A DNA stretch of 64,000 nt from Marsupella aquatica (GCA_973895155.1 OZ316894.1:16414216-16478215); one strand, 5' to 3'. Positions 40,320-53,983 are shown, numbered from the stretch's first letter. Translations and numbers: made by a program. Notes: generated by a model from the sequence alone, not told the origin.

Positions 40320-40975
40320 AGCATCTCTCTCTAAGCGCACACTCCATAAGCGCACAAACTGGTTTACTGCAAGGCATCCTCTTCCCTTTTCTTTTACATG
40401 GAGTTTGCATTTTTTTAATAATCGAAGCGCAACCTTTTATTAAGGGCAAAAATTGGTTTAGTGGAAGGCATCCTGTCTTCTCTTTTGTTTTACAAAGAGT
40501 TTGCACTTTTTTTGCATCTAAGCGCACATTCTGTAAGCACAAAAACTGGTTTAGTGCAAGGCATCCTCTTCTTCCCTTTTAACTTACACTCAGTTTGCAC
40601 CTTTCTTACATCTTTGCTGAGCGCAAAACAGGCCTCGAATCATTTTGCTAAAAGGCAAAATTACAAGAGAAAAATACTCGAAAGTTGCATTTTTATACTA
40701 TACTAAGAAAGTGTGTGCACTTATTCATCCAATTGCATTTACTGATAAGTGCACACCCATTTCCTTAGTAGAGTAAACAATGTACTTATGGAATTGGACA
40801 CATATTTAGGCAGGGGTGTACAATCTGTGTAACCAGTCATGATACCGCTCATTGACGTATTGTGCACTTATCAATAAGTGCCAAGTTGAGGGGGTTTGCA
40901 CTTATTAAAAATGCAAATATTGGTTTAGTGCACATCACACTTGTCTTCCCAACAGTGGGCACTTAAGAGAGGTAG
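40320..40975. repeat. GTGCAC/GCGCAC-family repeat upstream of AUG4, with an internal ~185-bp duplication
   Basis: TCTAAGCGCACA...ACTGGTTTA.TGCAAGGCATCCTCTTC occurs twice (~40330 and ~40517); GTGCACTTA/TAAGTGCAC motifs extend to ~40970. Confidence 0.7.
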
Positions 40976-41931
40976 CTCCTCCCACTGTACAGGAGGGACT
41001 ATCGAAGGGACTAAAGTTAGGATCAAACTTTGAGATAGTAGACCTATCTTGAGCCTCATTTTTGAGTATAGCTCAAGTTTTGAGGGGCATGACTGCCCAT
41101 TATGCTTTGGTAAATTAGTTTGGACCCCTAATTACTGCCCATAAGGCTTCGTTTTCCCCAACAAAACCTCCTTTGTACCTTATTGTACAGGCCTCAACGT
41201 CATCCGGTGGTGACTTTAAGCTGTACATGTCCAACAACCGGCGAGATGGACACGCAAAATGCTTGGTCTAAGAATAATGGCATTGATACATTTTTGTCTT
41301 GGGCCATTTAGCAGTCAAATGAGAAAATTAGATATAAATGTGTATTCAATCTAAACTTGCAAACCCCTAAATTTTACTCCCTCCTGCCCACCCTAACTAT
41401 TTCCTTGTTTTTGTTCCCAATCCTATCTCACTTTTCTCTTTGATTCCTTTCAATATCTTCTGTCTGATTGGTTTGATGAGAAGCATCCTAATTCCTAAAG
41501 TTTTGGGATATCTATTCTTTATGGACCCCCATGACAAGTCTCTTTCAAAATTCCTAGCCTCCAGTTGTCCCACATCAGCAATGTTTGCCACAAGTTACTA
41601 GGACCAAAATAGTTGTGTCGCAATCTGTTTTGGTTCAGGACAAGGTGTGTCACAAGTTTCTACATTTAGGACCAAAATAGTTTAATCAATATGTTTTGGT
41701 TCAGGACAAGGTATGTCGCTCCATAATGTGAGGCATAGTGTGGTGCAAGCCGCCAGGAGCGTTTGCTAGCGAGCCATTTAATTTTGGCTAGCGTTGCGTG
41801 TGTAAGACTCCATGTGGCTACTGAGTTAGCTAGCCAAAAGAGGAGACTTAAATTTGGGTTTTACTAAAAAAAATTACACAATAGGCAAGATTCTGGTACC
41901 ACCTGTCAATCTCCAAGTTTGACTTCGGCGT

Positions 41932-42500
41932 CTTATCAGAGATCAAGTACAAGAGCTGTAGAGGCTAATGAAGGGGTCACAACGGCTTACAAAAGAACTG
42001 TGAGTGACACATTATGTTCTGCTCCTGCAATAACAAAGTCTGATCAATAGTATAATACATATTAATAACACATCGCCAGGCAAGAATATCATCTAGAGTC
42101 ACAAAGGTGCAAGAAAAGTCGACAAGTATTCACAGGTTTCATCCCAGTATAGTCCATCTTGTTCAGACATCTTGTTGGGCCTATGGTAACTTATTCTGAA
42201 CACAGAGAATGGAATTGTCCACTCTGGAGGTATCATGTTCCACCTTTTTCGAACAAACACTTCGTCTGCTCACAATGGTGCCAGGTGACCAGACTACACG
42301 AGTATCAAGGAGTGGACAAGTACTTCGATGATATTGCTCACAACTACTACGAGCTTGCAGTGGTATGTAGTCTTTAAAAGTTTCGAGCCCACATTGGTTT
42401 CTCATTCTCGGAGATCATCATGTACGAGCAAATCCAAACAAGACCAAGAGAAATGGGAAATGCTTGCAAAGGCAGGTCACAGTAAGGAAGAAAGTGATCA
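41932..42500 (+). pseudogene. Inverted genomic fragment of AUG4 (exon 8, intron 8, exon 9, part of intron 9)
   Basis: 42285-42362 encodes VTRLHEYQGVDKYFDDIAHNYYELAV versus AUG4 VTRLREYQGVDKYFDDIAHRYHELAT, with flanking CAG/GTATGT kept. The exon-8 copy (41940-41999) is 8 nt longer, a frameshift. Intron sequence is also homologous to ~35500-36080 (-). Confidence 0.9.
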
Positions 42501-42769
42501 TTTTATGATAACATAATGATCAGACTATACATTATGTTACAGCCATTGCTTACAGAAGTTCATTCATCCATCAGTCTGGATACAAGAAAAAGTTGCAATG
42601 GACGCCGCCCTAGATTTGGTAAAATCTAGTCGCCTCCCCGCACAAGGGCAACGATTCTTCAGCCCCCCGCATCAGTAAAATGAAGTACAAGTATCTCTTC
42701 CAGGACCAATCGAATTTCCTATCTACAGTCCCCAGTTCTTTCACCCCGGTCGTTCCAGCGGACGCCACA

Positions 42770-44256
42770 CTACGCTACGGTGAAAGAGCTTGCTGCACCT
42801 TCGATGAACTTCGAGGTACCCTTAAACCACCTCTTATCTCCAGCTTGGGCTTTGAAAAGGAAAAGTTTGCTGTCCTTGACAGTGCCAACAATGTATTGAT
42901 GCCTTCCACCTTCGTTACCATCACCTGTGCGGGTCAAAACTGAAACATAATAGTATGGCTTTCCATTCACTGACGCTTCTTCAGCCTTGAAGATGCTAGC
43001 TGTTGCAACCAGATTTTCGTCAAATCCGCCCTGCATTCGACACCACGATAAGTCAGACACTTCACCTTTCGATCGGCGAATGCGTACTGAGCAACCTTCA
43101 AATATGCGCTATGCCTTCAGGAAATATGAGGACAAGCAACAAGGTGTGCGAAATCAAGCCAACTAAGATGCACGCGCAGGAAGGAGGGCGCCATTGAAAT
43201 TGAAGTCAATCACGCTCCAGAGGCCCACTTGAGTAAGTGCAGCGAACGAAATGAGGCCTCGGAGACGTAATTACCTCAGAGGAAGTCTTTCCCTTGTAAG
43301 ATTGCTTGCCGAGCAGGTACGACACCTGAAAAGGTTTTGGAAAGCTGTTAATACGCCGAATCTCATCTACAGATAAATAGCAATCGAACCGTTTTGAGTG
43401 AAGCATATCAATCTCTCTGCAATCCGAATGATAACCGTCACATGAACTCCCTAAAGAATCTTGCAGAGCATGAACAACTCACCGACTTAAGAAATGCTTC
43501 AGGAGAGCCGTAGTCCTTAATAGATTTCTTCTCCGAGGGCAGAATTGACACAGACAAGTTGCTTAGTTGATCAAAGTTATCCTCGTATCTGAGAACCTGG
43601 CCTGGGAACTCCACTTCCTTGCTTGGATTCCACTTTGCCGGAAGGCTGACAGAGAATCCCTCTCCTGCGTATGTGGTGAATCCGGAGTCCGACTTGGGAC
43701 TGCCAAAGACATTAGCTGCATAGCACACACAGACAAGGAGACGCTATCAGAAGGCTATCGACCAGGCTGTTTGTACGTCAATAAGCGAATCCTGTATGCC
43801 AGGGCCTTTGGGACCACCACCGGCTTCCTGCAACGTCACCCTCCCCTTCGCATTTCCAACAACATGCCATAACAATGCCATCTAGAATTCCCGATTAGCA
43901 CTCCCACAGAGATCCGCGGTCATCAATCAAATGAAAGCTGGACAACTCCACAGCAGGGGGGAAACTCACTCACCGGCTTCACCGTAAGCTGCAAGGGCGG
44001 GAGAGGCTCCCGAGTTCAGGGCTCCGACAGCGGCCACACCGGCGAGCAGCGCCAAGGTCGATCGCCGAGACACAGGCGAGGCGTCATCCTTCTCTACCAT
44101 CGAGCAGCTAATTGCCCTCGATCTCGAGACCGAGGCCTTGGGACATCCCGAAGCGACGGACACGAATCCAGCTCCATTGACCGACGACGACGAAAGAGCA
44201 GCTGCCGAAAGGGCCACACCGGGAGCGGCGAGCAGAGAAGCTGTCACGGATGCCAT
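42770..44256 (-). CDS. PSBP: Photosystem II oxygen-evolving enhancer protein 2 (PsbP, 23 kDa) precursor, ~275 aa
   Basis: Four exons: 44256-43974, 43715-43483, 43325-43275, 43030-42770 (828 nt). Transit peptide plus Tat signal SRR..hydrophobic..ALA|AYGEAANVFG; motifs [24 protein letters not shown] and [12 protein letters not shown]. Confidence 0.98.
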
Positions 44257-45174
44257 CGCTCCTGCCTACCGATCGAAAGCTAGAGTCACCTCGGAGCTCG
44301 ATTTCTTCCCTCTTCTCTTCTCTTCTCTTCGCTTCGTCTCGTGTCTTCGGTTGGGGCTGTGCACCACGGCGTCGTGGTCGATTCTCTTGGGACGGACGGG
44401 GGCTCGCGGAAGCAGAGGTTGCTTTAAGAAAGCTGGGTCTTCATGTACGCAGCAGAGGGAATCAGCTCGAGGAGAGAGAGCGGAAAGCGGGGTGGAGGGG
44501 TGTCGTCGAGTGAGGAGATGGATAAACACGGCACAAGGGGGAAGAAGATAGGGCGAAGAGGGGGGAGCCAATCGGGGACGAGGCAGCGGGGAATCGCAAT
44601 CCGGATCATTGCACGGTTCAATGTATTGGCTGCTGCGCGGTTTTGTGGTTTTGGGGGCCGACGATGACGGGTTAACCCCCTCGTGTCGTTGTTGTTGTTA
44701 TTATTATTATTATTATATTATATATACTTTTCATCCATTTCTTGCTTTGTTTGTAGTTACCGTATGGAATTTGAACAGGTAGAAAGTATCGCTCGGATGG
44801 ACCAGTTTACTTGTTGACTAGAGCAGAATGGTTTTTTTTACCAACATCTGAGTTCACGAAAGGCTATTCTGCATCCCATATGGGTTGTTGTGGTTTAGGT
44901 CCAAGCTGGTTTAATTATATTATCATCGACCTTGGCTCGCCGGTAATTTTTAGCCGGGGAAAAGTGCTATTTGAATACACGACAGGTTATTCTGCAATTC
45001 ATCTGGGTTGTTCTGGTCCATCTTGGAATTTTGTCACATGTAGTTTATCTATGATACTTTTCATCGCCCACTTTTTTCTTTAGAGAGCAGTCTTGGAATG
45101 AACAACTTTTTTTTGAGGCGGTTATAATGGTGAATACACCTTTCAGATTTTGTAAGTATTTTATTTTAATGTGC

Positions 45175-47199
45175 TTTAACTAGTATGTGGGTCCAGCTCA
45201 ATTAGTTTTTGTGTGGACTATGCATTCAATAGAGTGTTGTGTATGGGCTAGATCACATTGTCAAAGTGCATTCAAAGGAGTGTTCTGTATATCTAGGCTA
45301 AATCAGATTGCCAAACTGTATTGAAAGGAGCATTATAAATCTGTCTTTTTAAATTCATGTGCATAAAATTTAATTTTGGTAAGAATGACATCTAAAGCTC
45401 ATCTATAATAATAAGAGGATGCGACAAGAAAAATGATGGCTTGGATTGAATCACTAATTGTAAATATCTATGATATTATCTTGAGCAACTTACTTAGTTT
45501 GAAGATTCAATTTGTTAATACATGCTAATAAAACAAAATTTGCATCAATTTCCTAATGATCATGACAAATGGAAACAAAGACAAAAACCATAAGTGTAGA
45601 ATCATCATAGGTGTTGGAGAGAGAGGTCATATAGACCAACTTTCATGGGACTATGAACACTTGTTTTCTTGCATGATGTGGATTATGTAATCAATTGTAC
45701 TTTATGATGTTATTTTGTCTTATTATTAAATGTAGCTTTCTCCATTATGTAGAGATTGTAACTAATCAACTGAACAAAAATAGGTTGGATAGGAGATTTA
45801 GTGATATTGTGTTCAATATTCAGGGACTAATTTGTTGTGCTTGTGGAGGCTGATTGGAGGTTGAACTCATGACTCTTTTGGTGTGCCTAGGGTGATCATA
45901 GTGGGGTTTAATGCATACTTCAGGCTAGGTGGGAGTATTGTTTACAGGAGACATTCAAGCTTGGAGGAGGACATCAAGTGGCAGAGTATTTTTTGTATGG
46001 CTCTCATCATGTGACCCAGGTAGGTTTGTAGCATTGCATGTTTTGTTGAATAATTACAGTTTGTATGGATTTTATTAGTTGTGAAGTGGCCCAATGTCCT
46101 TTCAATTCAATGGTTGAGCCCCCCTCTTCACCCTTTCTTGAGATGAACATTTTACTCTTGGTTGCCAGACAAACTTGGGAGAATTTATGAATTATTTTAT
46201 AATCAATAACAAGCTCAACTTTTTGACAACACTTGAAATACAGGTTTGCCTTCTTTCTCTTCTCTCCTTATGGTCCAGAAGTGTGATTGCTAATATTTGT
46301 TGTGATAACCCTATTTCAAACATTTGTTCAATTCCAAGATTTCACCTTAGTCAATTGATTTGTAATAATTATTTCTAGATAAAAGAAAGTGAAAAGTTCT
46401 AATTTGCAACATCAGATCTAAACTTAGTGAACTGTTTGACCTGAAAATTGGAGTTTCATATTTACTTGTAAATACTTTTTCAAATCTTGACAACTGAAAA
46501 GATGTAAATATTGATACTCTATCTAAGGAACTTTGCTACAAAGAAAGGCATAAGAAGACTTTAGATTGAGAGTTATTTCCTTTTGAAATTCCTTTTCCAA
46601 TAGAAATAGCAAAAGCAAGATCAACATTTGATATTACTCTTAACATAACATTGTCTTTACATTAAAAATGAAGAAGATCACAAGTTAAGGCATCTTGGTG
46701 CCCACATCCGGAAGGTTGGTGTACTTTTTGACCCAATTATACATTTTAAATTTAATAAGGTTACAAGTTAAGGCATTCTGGTGCACACATCCGCAAGGGT
46801 CGGTGTACTGTTTGACCCCAATTGTAACTTTAAAATTAATAAGGTTACAAGTTAAGGCATTCTGGTGCACACATCCGCAAGGGTCGGTGTACTGTTTGAC
46901 CCCAATTGTAACTTTGAAATTGATAAGGTTATGAGTTAAGATATTAAGGTGCACACATCCCTAAGTAGGCTTATCGTAACTGAGATTGGATTAAGACAAA
47001 ATTTTCATATCAATATATTTTTTAACTCACAATTTGGAGCTAAGTTTGAGCTCCAACTTTAATACTAGATTCCCCAGCTTTCCTCTCTATCCCTTAGAGA
47101 ATGTTCAGCCCATTTGGTTGAGTAGAACAAAAATGATTTTTTTTAGAGATCCATGTTGATTTTGGCTTCAACTTAGTTGACCCACATTACTGGCCCATA
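45175..47199. repeat. First unit of a diverged ~2-kb tandem duplication (second unit ~47200-55455, interrupted by copia element 2)
   Basis: Collinear shared blocks: TTAACTAGTATGTGGGTCCAG (~45176/~47201), CAAATGGAAACAAAGA..CCATAAGTGTAGAATCAT (~45566/~47823), TTGTGAAGTG (~46079/~48252), CTTGAAATA.AGGTTTG (~46232/~54385), AAGTGTGATTGCTAA (~46279/~54427). Each unit ends in the 84-bp array. Confidence 0.75.
46680..46960. repeat. 84-bp tandem satellite, ~3.3 copies
   Basis: AAGGTTA at 46757, 46841 and 46925. The unit contains inverted pairs GTTACAA/TTGTAAC and GGGTC/GACCC. Confidence 0.92.
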
Positions 47200-48274
47200 T
47201 TTAACTAGTATGTGGGTCCAGTTCAATTTTTTTTACACATTGGTAATATTGTATTTGTTTGTTTTATTAGCTCTCTTTCCTGGTCTTTCCTAGTCATCGA
47301 GTTTGCCAAAACTCTATGATGTGCACAAATACACTGCCAAGAATTTGGAAGGAGCTTTTAGCGTGGTACATAATATTGTCATCATTTGTTTGTCTCCACC
47401 TTTCTCAAGTTCTTTTCACCTCTCTATGTAATTCACATTGCAACTCCTCACTATAGCCATCACCTTGCTTGTTCGAGTGACAAATTATTCATCACAAGGG
47501 TGAGCAACAAACTATCTTGGAGGCAAGGAACTAGGCAATCACCTGCACTTCATTGTCTCGCAACATTTTTGTGCAATGGATAACTATGCATTGGACTTGT
47601 CTATAAAATTATGAGATGTTTTTAAAAGTATTTGAAGTTTGCATAATAAAAGTTGACATCACTAGAAAACAAATTCATAAACTCAAAAACTATTCATAGC
47701 ATTGGTTTTTTAATTGTTTTATGGGGAGACAAGTATACTTTTTGTTTGGAAAATGCACTTTATTCATCATGATTTGTCTAGTAATGACAAAAACAAAATT
47801 CTCATCAATTTTAATGGCTGGCAAATGGAAACAAAGAAAAAACCCATAAGTGTAGAATCATAATGATCATGTTGGGAAGAGAGTAACTTTATATACAGTC
47901 ACCTTCACCTTCATGAGAGGAGAAACATACTGATTTCATTTCTGTTTTTTAAATGTATGTTTTACTAATCAATAGAAAATCATAGCCTTATTTTTGTGGA
48001 GATTTTATAATAATAGAATAATTTAATGTTTTGAGAATAGTTGGCTATTCTTGAATGTGTAAGTGAGTTTGAGATTATGCTTATGACTTTTTTGGTGTGC
48101 ATTCAAGAAATATGTTTGAATGAGGCCTGGGGGAGTTACACTCAAGTGGCATCCAAGATTGTTTTTAAGATTTCTCATGGTGACTACCATCAAGGTAAAT
48201 GTTTATATCAGTGCATATTTTTTATGACTAGAATTTGTGTTTATTTGTTATTTGTGAAGTGACTTGGTATTTTG

Positions 48275-48584
48275 TGTGGGGAGAAATCAGATCAGGAAAA
48301 ACACTCCAAACATGCACGTGCTCAATAGTTACGTGGTTCGCCTCAAGGTTGGCTACGTCCACAGGAAGACCAAGCTTTATTAGCGGTTATGTGTGTACTC
48401 AAGCATCACCATAGCTCTCATCTCTTGCTATATCCCTGTGTTCTCTCTTGAGAACTCTCTTGTGTGTGTTCTCACACCACATACAAGTTGAAGAGATAAG
48501 GATCAATCTCTTCAACTAGGGTTTACTCTAACCCTAGTTAACATCCTAACCATAGTTCAACCCAAGACTGAGTTAACCTCTACA
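48275..48584 (-). repeat. 3' LTR of copia element 2 (310 bp)
   Basis: Direct repeat of 53984-54293; adjacent PPT on the minus strand (AGGGGGAGTT at 48585-48594). Confidence 0.95.
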
Positions 48585-48776
48585 AACTCCCCCTTGACTC
48601 ACGTCTTGGGAGGGTTCATAATATTGTCTTTTCCTTACAAGTTCCTCCGCGGGAAGTTCAAGACAGTAAGGCCAAAAGGCCCTCCCCCTAATGCAAGGGT
48701 TAACTAGAACTAAGCCGTAGCCGATAAGCCATCGGATGGAGTACTCATATAGAGACATTTTCTTGGTTAACTCTAT

Positions 48777-51700
48777 TTACAATATTTGTAAATAATTACA
48801 ATGCCTTGAAAAACTATTGGAGTCTAATATTTTGGTAAAAGCATCCGCTGGATTAAGCTTTCCATCAATCTTGACAAGCTCAAATTCATCATCCGATAAT
48901 GCCTGCCGGATGAAATGATAGCGGACATCAATGTGCTTTACCCTGCCATCCATCACCTGATTCTTGGCAGTGTAAATTGCACTTTGACTGTCACAATGAA
49001 GATACACAAAATCTTGTGATAAGCCCATCTCTTTGACAAGCTTTTTCAACCAAATGGTCTCTGATGCTGCTTCTGCTGCCGCTACATACTCGGCATCCAT
49101 AGTAGACTTTGCAACACACTTTTGGAGAGTAGACTTCCAACTAATGCATCCACTAGCAAGTGTAAATACATATCCAGTTGTTGATCTCCTCTTATCCAGA
49201 TCACCTGCGTAGTCTGCATCCACATAACCTTGAAGCACTTTCATATTGTTTGAACTTGCATCAAACAATAAACCCTTCTTAGTGGAACCTCTGATGTAGC
49301 GCAAAATCCATTTCACTGCTTCCCAATGGACTTTTCCTGGATTTGCCATGTATCTGCTTACCTTGCTAACGGCATAAGCTATGTCTGGTCGGGTGCATAC
49401 CATGAGATACATTAAACTGCCCATAGCACTTTCATAAGGAACTTTGGACATCAAACTTTTTTCTGTTGCATCCGATGGACAAAATGCTGCAGAAATATTG
49501 AAATGCTTTGCCAAAGGAACACTCACAGCCTTAGCATCTGCCATGTTGAATTTTGAGAGCACCTTCTCTGCATATCTTTTTTGCGTCAGCCAAAGTTTGG
49601 CTTTGTTCACATCCCTGACAATCTCCATGCCTAGGATCCTCTTGGCTGTGCCCAAGTCCTTCATCTTAAACTCAGAACTGAGTTGGGCCTTAAGCTTATC
49701 AACTTCGCCCCTATCCTTTGCTGCAATGAGCATGTCATCCACATAAAGTACAAGGATGACAAACTTAAAACCTATGTTGTTCACACGCCTGATGTAAACA
49801 CATGGATCGTACACGCTTCGCAAAAATCCAAGCGATTTCAAAAATTCATCAAAACGCTTGTTCCACTGCCTTGGGCTCTGCTTTAATCCATACAAGGATT
49901 TTAGCAATCTGCATACCAAATTTTCCTTGCCCTTTTGTACAAAACCCTCTGGTTGCCTCATGTAAATCACCTCATCCAACGATCCATATAAGAATGCCGT
50001 GACAACATCCATTTGATCTAAAACTAGATCAAATAAAACTACAAGAGCACATAGCAAACGTATTGTTGAATACTTTGCTACGGGTGAAAAAACCTCATTG
50101 TAGTCTATACCTTTCTGTTGAGTAAAACCCTTGGCTACCAACCGAGCCTTAAATATCTTCTCAGCATCCTCCGTGGGTCCATCTTTCTTTCTATACACCC
50201 ACTTGTTGTCAACAGCCTGCTTGTCACTAGGTAGACTTGTGAGTTCCCAAGTCTTGTTATCATGAAATGATTTCATTTCCATGCGCATCGCCGCCTGCCA
50301 TTGTTGCTTCTCCATAGAAGCTAGGACCTCTCGAAATGAGGTTGGATCTCCATCTTCTGTCACCAATGCATCAATAGATTCTTCATCCAAATCCACTTGA
50401 TCAAAAGGAAGCCAAGTTCCATACCTTTCTTGGGCTTGACGTTTGCGAGTTTCTCTTCGCACTGAAGACTCTGGCTGATCTGATTGTAGTGTGCTTTGCC
50501 TTACAGTGGTGTCAACATATTCTTCATCTGACACATATTTTCCCCTTAAATCCTCTAGAGGAGGAGATTGCTCTTTGTTAGTAGTAGGGAATTGATCTAT
50601 CTCCCCCTCCTTCAATGATTTTTCTTCATTGAAGGATACATCCCGACTAACAAGTAACTTGCAATCAACTGGATCCCACAACCGATAACCTTTAACTTCA
50701 CGCTGATAACCAAGAAAAATGCATTTCTGGGCTCTAGGATCTAGCTTAGTCCTATTGTTGCTAGGAACATGTGCATATGCTTCACAGCCAAAAACCCTAA
50801 GCTTTGAATAATCAGCAGGTCGATTGTGCTATAACTCAAAGGTGGTTTTGTAAGTAATTGCTCGACTAGGAGAGAGATTTACTAGATAAGCAGCAATGTT
50901 CACAGCTTTCGCCCAAAAGATTTGTGGTAATTTAGAGTGGCTCAACATGCTCCTTGCTCGCTCCAACAATGTGCGGTTGAGTCGCTCAGCAACACCATTT
51001 TGCTCAGGAGTGTACACAGTTGTGAGATGGTGAGTAATTCCCTTATTTGCACAATACGTGTTGAACTCGCCAGAGGTGTATTCACCACCATTATCTGATC
51101 GTAGATATCTCACATTCATTGCAGTCTGTGTCTCAACTTGAGCTACCCATTGTTTGAAGATGGAAAGCACTTCAAACTTATGGGCAATGAAATAAATCCA
51201 AACAAACCTTGAGTAATCATCGATAAACGATACATAGTATTGTTTGCCTGAATGTGAAGAAACCGGAGCAGGACCCCACACATCGGAATGAATATACTCA
51301 AGTACAACTTTAGAATGATGAATAGCAGTCGGAAATGGAGTTCTTGTTTTCTTGCCGACAATGCAATGATCACAAAAACTCAACTTGCATGCTTGCAATC
51401 CTGGTAGGAGATGTCGCTTGTGTAAAATTTCCAAACTTTTTTCACTCATGTGACCAAGCCGAGCATGCCATAAATTGATTTTCTCCTCCTGAGATGTGAC
51501 CAAATTGACTTCGGCAGGAAGGGTGGTGCCTTCCAAGACATAGATGTTTCTTTTCCTCTTGCCAATAAGAACTTCAGTTGATCCATGCGTGACTGTTAAC
51601 ACCCCATCAGTTGCACTCCATTGATAACCCTTCGCATCCAAGTAGCCAAGAGAAATCAAATTCTTACACATTTCTGGAATGTGTCTGACATTTGATAGAG

Positions 51701-52811
51701 TACAGTACTTGCCACCAGGTAGTTGAATCTTTACGGATCCAATCCCTAAAACTTTGCAAGAATGATTATTTCCCATCAAAATAGATCCGTTGATAGGAGT
51801 GTAGGATGAGAAAAATTCACGCATATAACACATGTGATACGAGCAAGCGGAATCCAAAATCCATTGACAATCCTCAACTTGGGAAGTGGTACACAATGCA
51901 AATCCTTCACTATCCTCTTCTCGAACAACTACTTGGGCTGAAGAACCGGCAACTTCCTTGAATGTGTCTTTGACGCGACAATCCTTCTTCATGTGACCCA
52001 CTTTATCACACTTCCAACACTTTATCTCACGAGTAGACTTGGATGGTGATTTGGATCGAGATCTAGATCTGGATCTAAACCTCCTCCTACCAAAAGATCG
52101 GTCGTGGAACCTTCCTCGCTCCATGGGAAGTGGGTTAAACCTTTTGTTTTCATGAGATGGCTCCCTTGATTTGCCTCTTTCTACCAACAATGTTGTTGAT
52201 GATGAGGTTGAGGTAGGATGAGCTGAAGAAACCAACTTAGACTGCATGTCATCGGTCAATAGGGCACTCACCACATCATTGTAGGATATAGTTGTCTTAT
52301 CACGGAATAGAAGAACTCGAGACAAAGATTGGTACGAAGGTGGTAGTGAGCTCAAGAGTTGTAAGGCTTTCTTTTCTTCGATCAAATGCTCCCCCAAATT
52401 CTCTAGGTCAACCACAAGATCATTGAACTGATCGATATGATCTTGAATCTTGACTCCATCAGCCATTTTGAATTGCATGAGCTTCAGGCTTGCATACATT
52501 CGGTTTGACATCTCCTTCTTGTAGTACTTGTTGCGCAATGCTTGAAACAAGTCCGTCACCATTTGTGTTGATTTTTCCTCGAACTGCTTCTTCACATTGT
52601 TTTTCAGGTACATTCCAACAATGCTTACCGCTTGATCCTGAAGATCATGCCAATCATCATCTTCCATCTCCTTGGGTTGAGATCTTAGTACCTTGCCTAG
52701 GCCCATCGCCCTAAGTGCATCCCTCACGTTACGTTCCCACATTGTATAGTCCATCCGACCATCAAATTTTTCCACCTCAAACCTTTGACCTCCAATCCTA
52801 GTAGTCGCCAT
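48777..52811 (-). pseudogene. Copia gag-pol polyprotein (~1344 codons) with one premature stop
   Basis: ORFs 52811-50829 and 50681-48777 are in the same frame. The only interruption is TAG at 50829-50831 in TTFEL*HNRPADYSKLRVFGC, where Trp (TGG) is expected. Knuckle CWKCDKVGHMKKDC, protease WILDSACS, integrase DDE, RT YVDD and RNase H are all present. Confidence 0.93.
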
Positions 52812-53969
52812 CGCTAGAATGCCAAATGTAGTGTGGAGTTGCCTTCCAACAAGAAATAAACGTCGAATGCTCAGATGCAGGGTGTGAAAATAAGGCCAAA
52901 AATGAAAGTTGGTGAATTTTGAAACTGATCACTCCTGTGTGTAGCCCACAAGGTAACGCTCCAAATGCTGAAAACGGTTTGTCAAACGGACTCTCGAGTG
53001 CCGAGAATTTTTACTCTGACCGGAGGGGGGTAAAAAATGAAATAAATACCCCTCGAGGGAATCTTTTATGCCAAAGATTCCACTAGTATGTGTTTCCAAA
53101 ATTGAGCACACCAATGCTTGCCTAGCTTCCCCAAGTACACCTCTCCAAAAGTTGAAGTTGATTCGATTTTGTTTGCCGCTCGAAATCTTTGACCTTTGGT
53201 AAAAATTTAAGCCTCTGGAAAAAAAATCTTTTCGGGAAATTCCGTCCGCCCTTGTACAGCCCCTATGGGGGAAATTCACAGGGGGCACTTCCCCCTGCCC
53301 GAGCCCTGTCGAGCCCTAAAAGGCCTCCTCAAAGTTTTCGACCTCCACGCGCGTCCGCGGAAGTCGCGACTACTCGCGGCAGAAAGTACCCCTCGGCGGA
53401 TTCACTCAAATTCCCGTCTCAGTTTTTGACGAAATCCAATTCTGATTTCAGATTCAGAAACTAGACTTCGAGGGCATCAAGATCGATATAAGAACTTGCA
53501 AAACGGTGGAGTAATGAGGGAGAAACGATTCATTGAAAGTGACTGATATTAAGTTATCCGCCATAGCCAAAATTTCGAGCTCAAAAAAACGAGAATTGAA
53601 ATTAAGATTACTTCTCAACCATTTGACAAAATCCAGCGATGTTGATATCGAAACGTCTAGAAAGACGAGGCGCTCAAGCGTGTCTCAGTTTCAAGTCCCG
53701 ATAGAACAATCAAAAAGACTGATCTGAGAAATTGACCTTATCTCTTGCCCGATAACGTAATTTGAAAACCATCACTTACAATTGTTTCTGTTTTTGACCT
53801 CAGGCCTTCATTGCTTCACTGAAATGAGCCCCTGGTTGTGTGCTCCACACTTGTGAGAAGATTGAGTCCGATCTTCTTCCAATAGCTCTGCTTTGAAGAG
53901 GAAATCATCCGATGTTCGCTTTGCTTGAAGCAAGTTCTATGGAGTTCCTAATCGACTGAAAAAATCTGA

Positions 53970-53981
53970 GCTCTGATACCA
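53970..53981 (-). other. Primer-binding site for initiator tRNA-Met
   Basis: Minus strand reads TGGTATCAGAGC, 2 nt from the 5' LTR. Confidence 0.93.
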
Positions 53982-53983
53982 AT

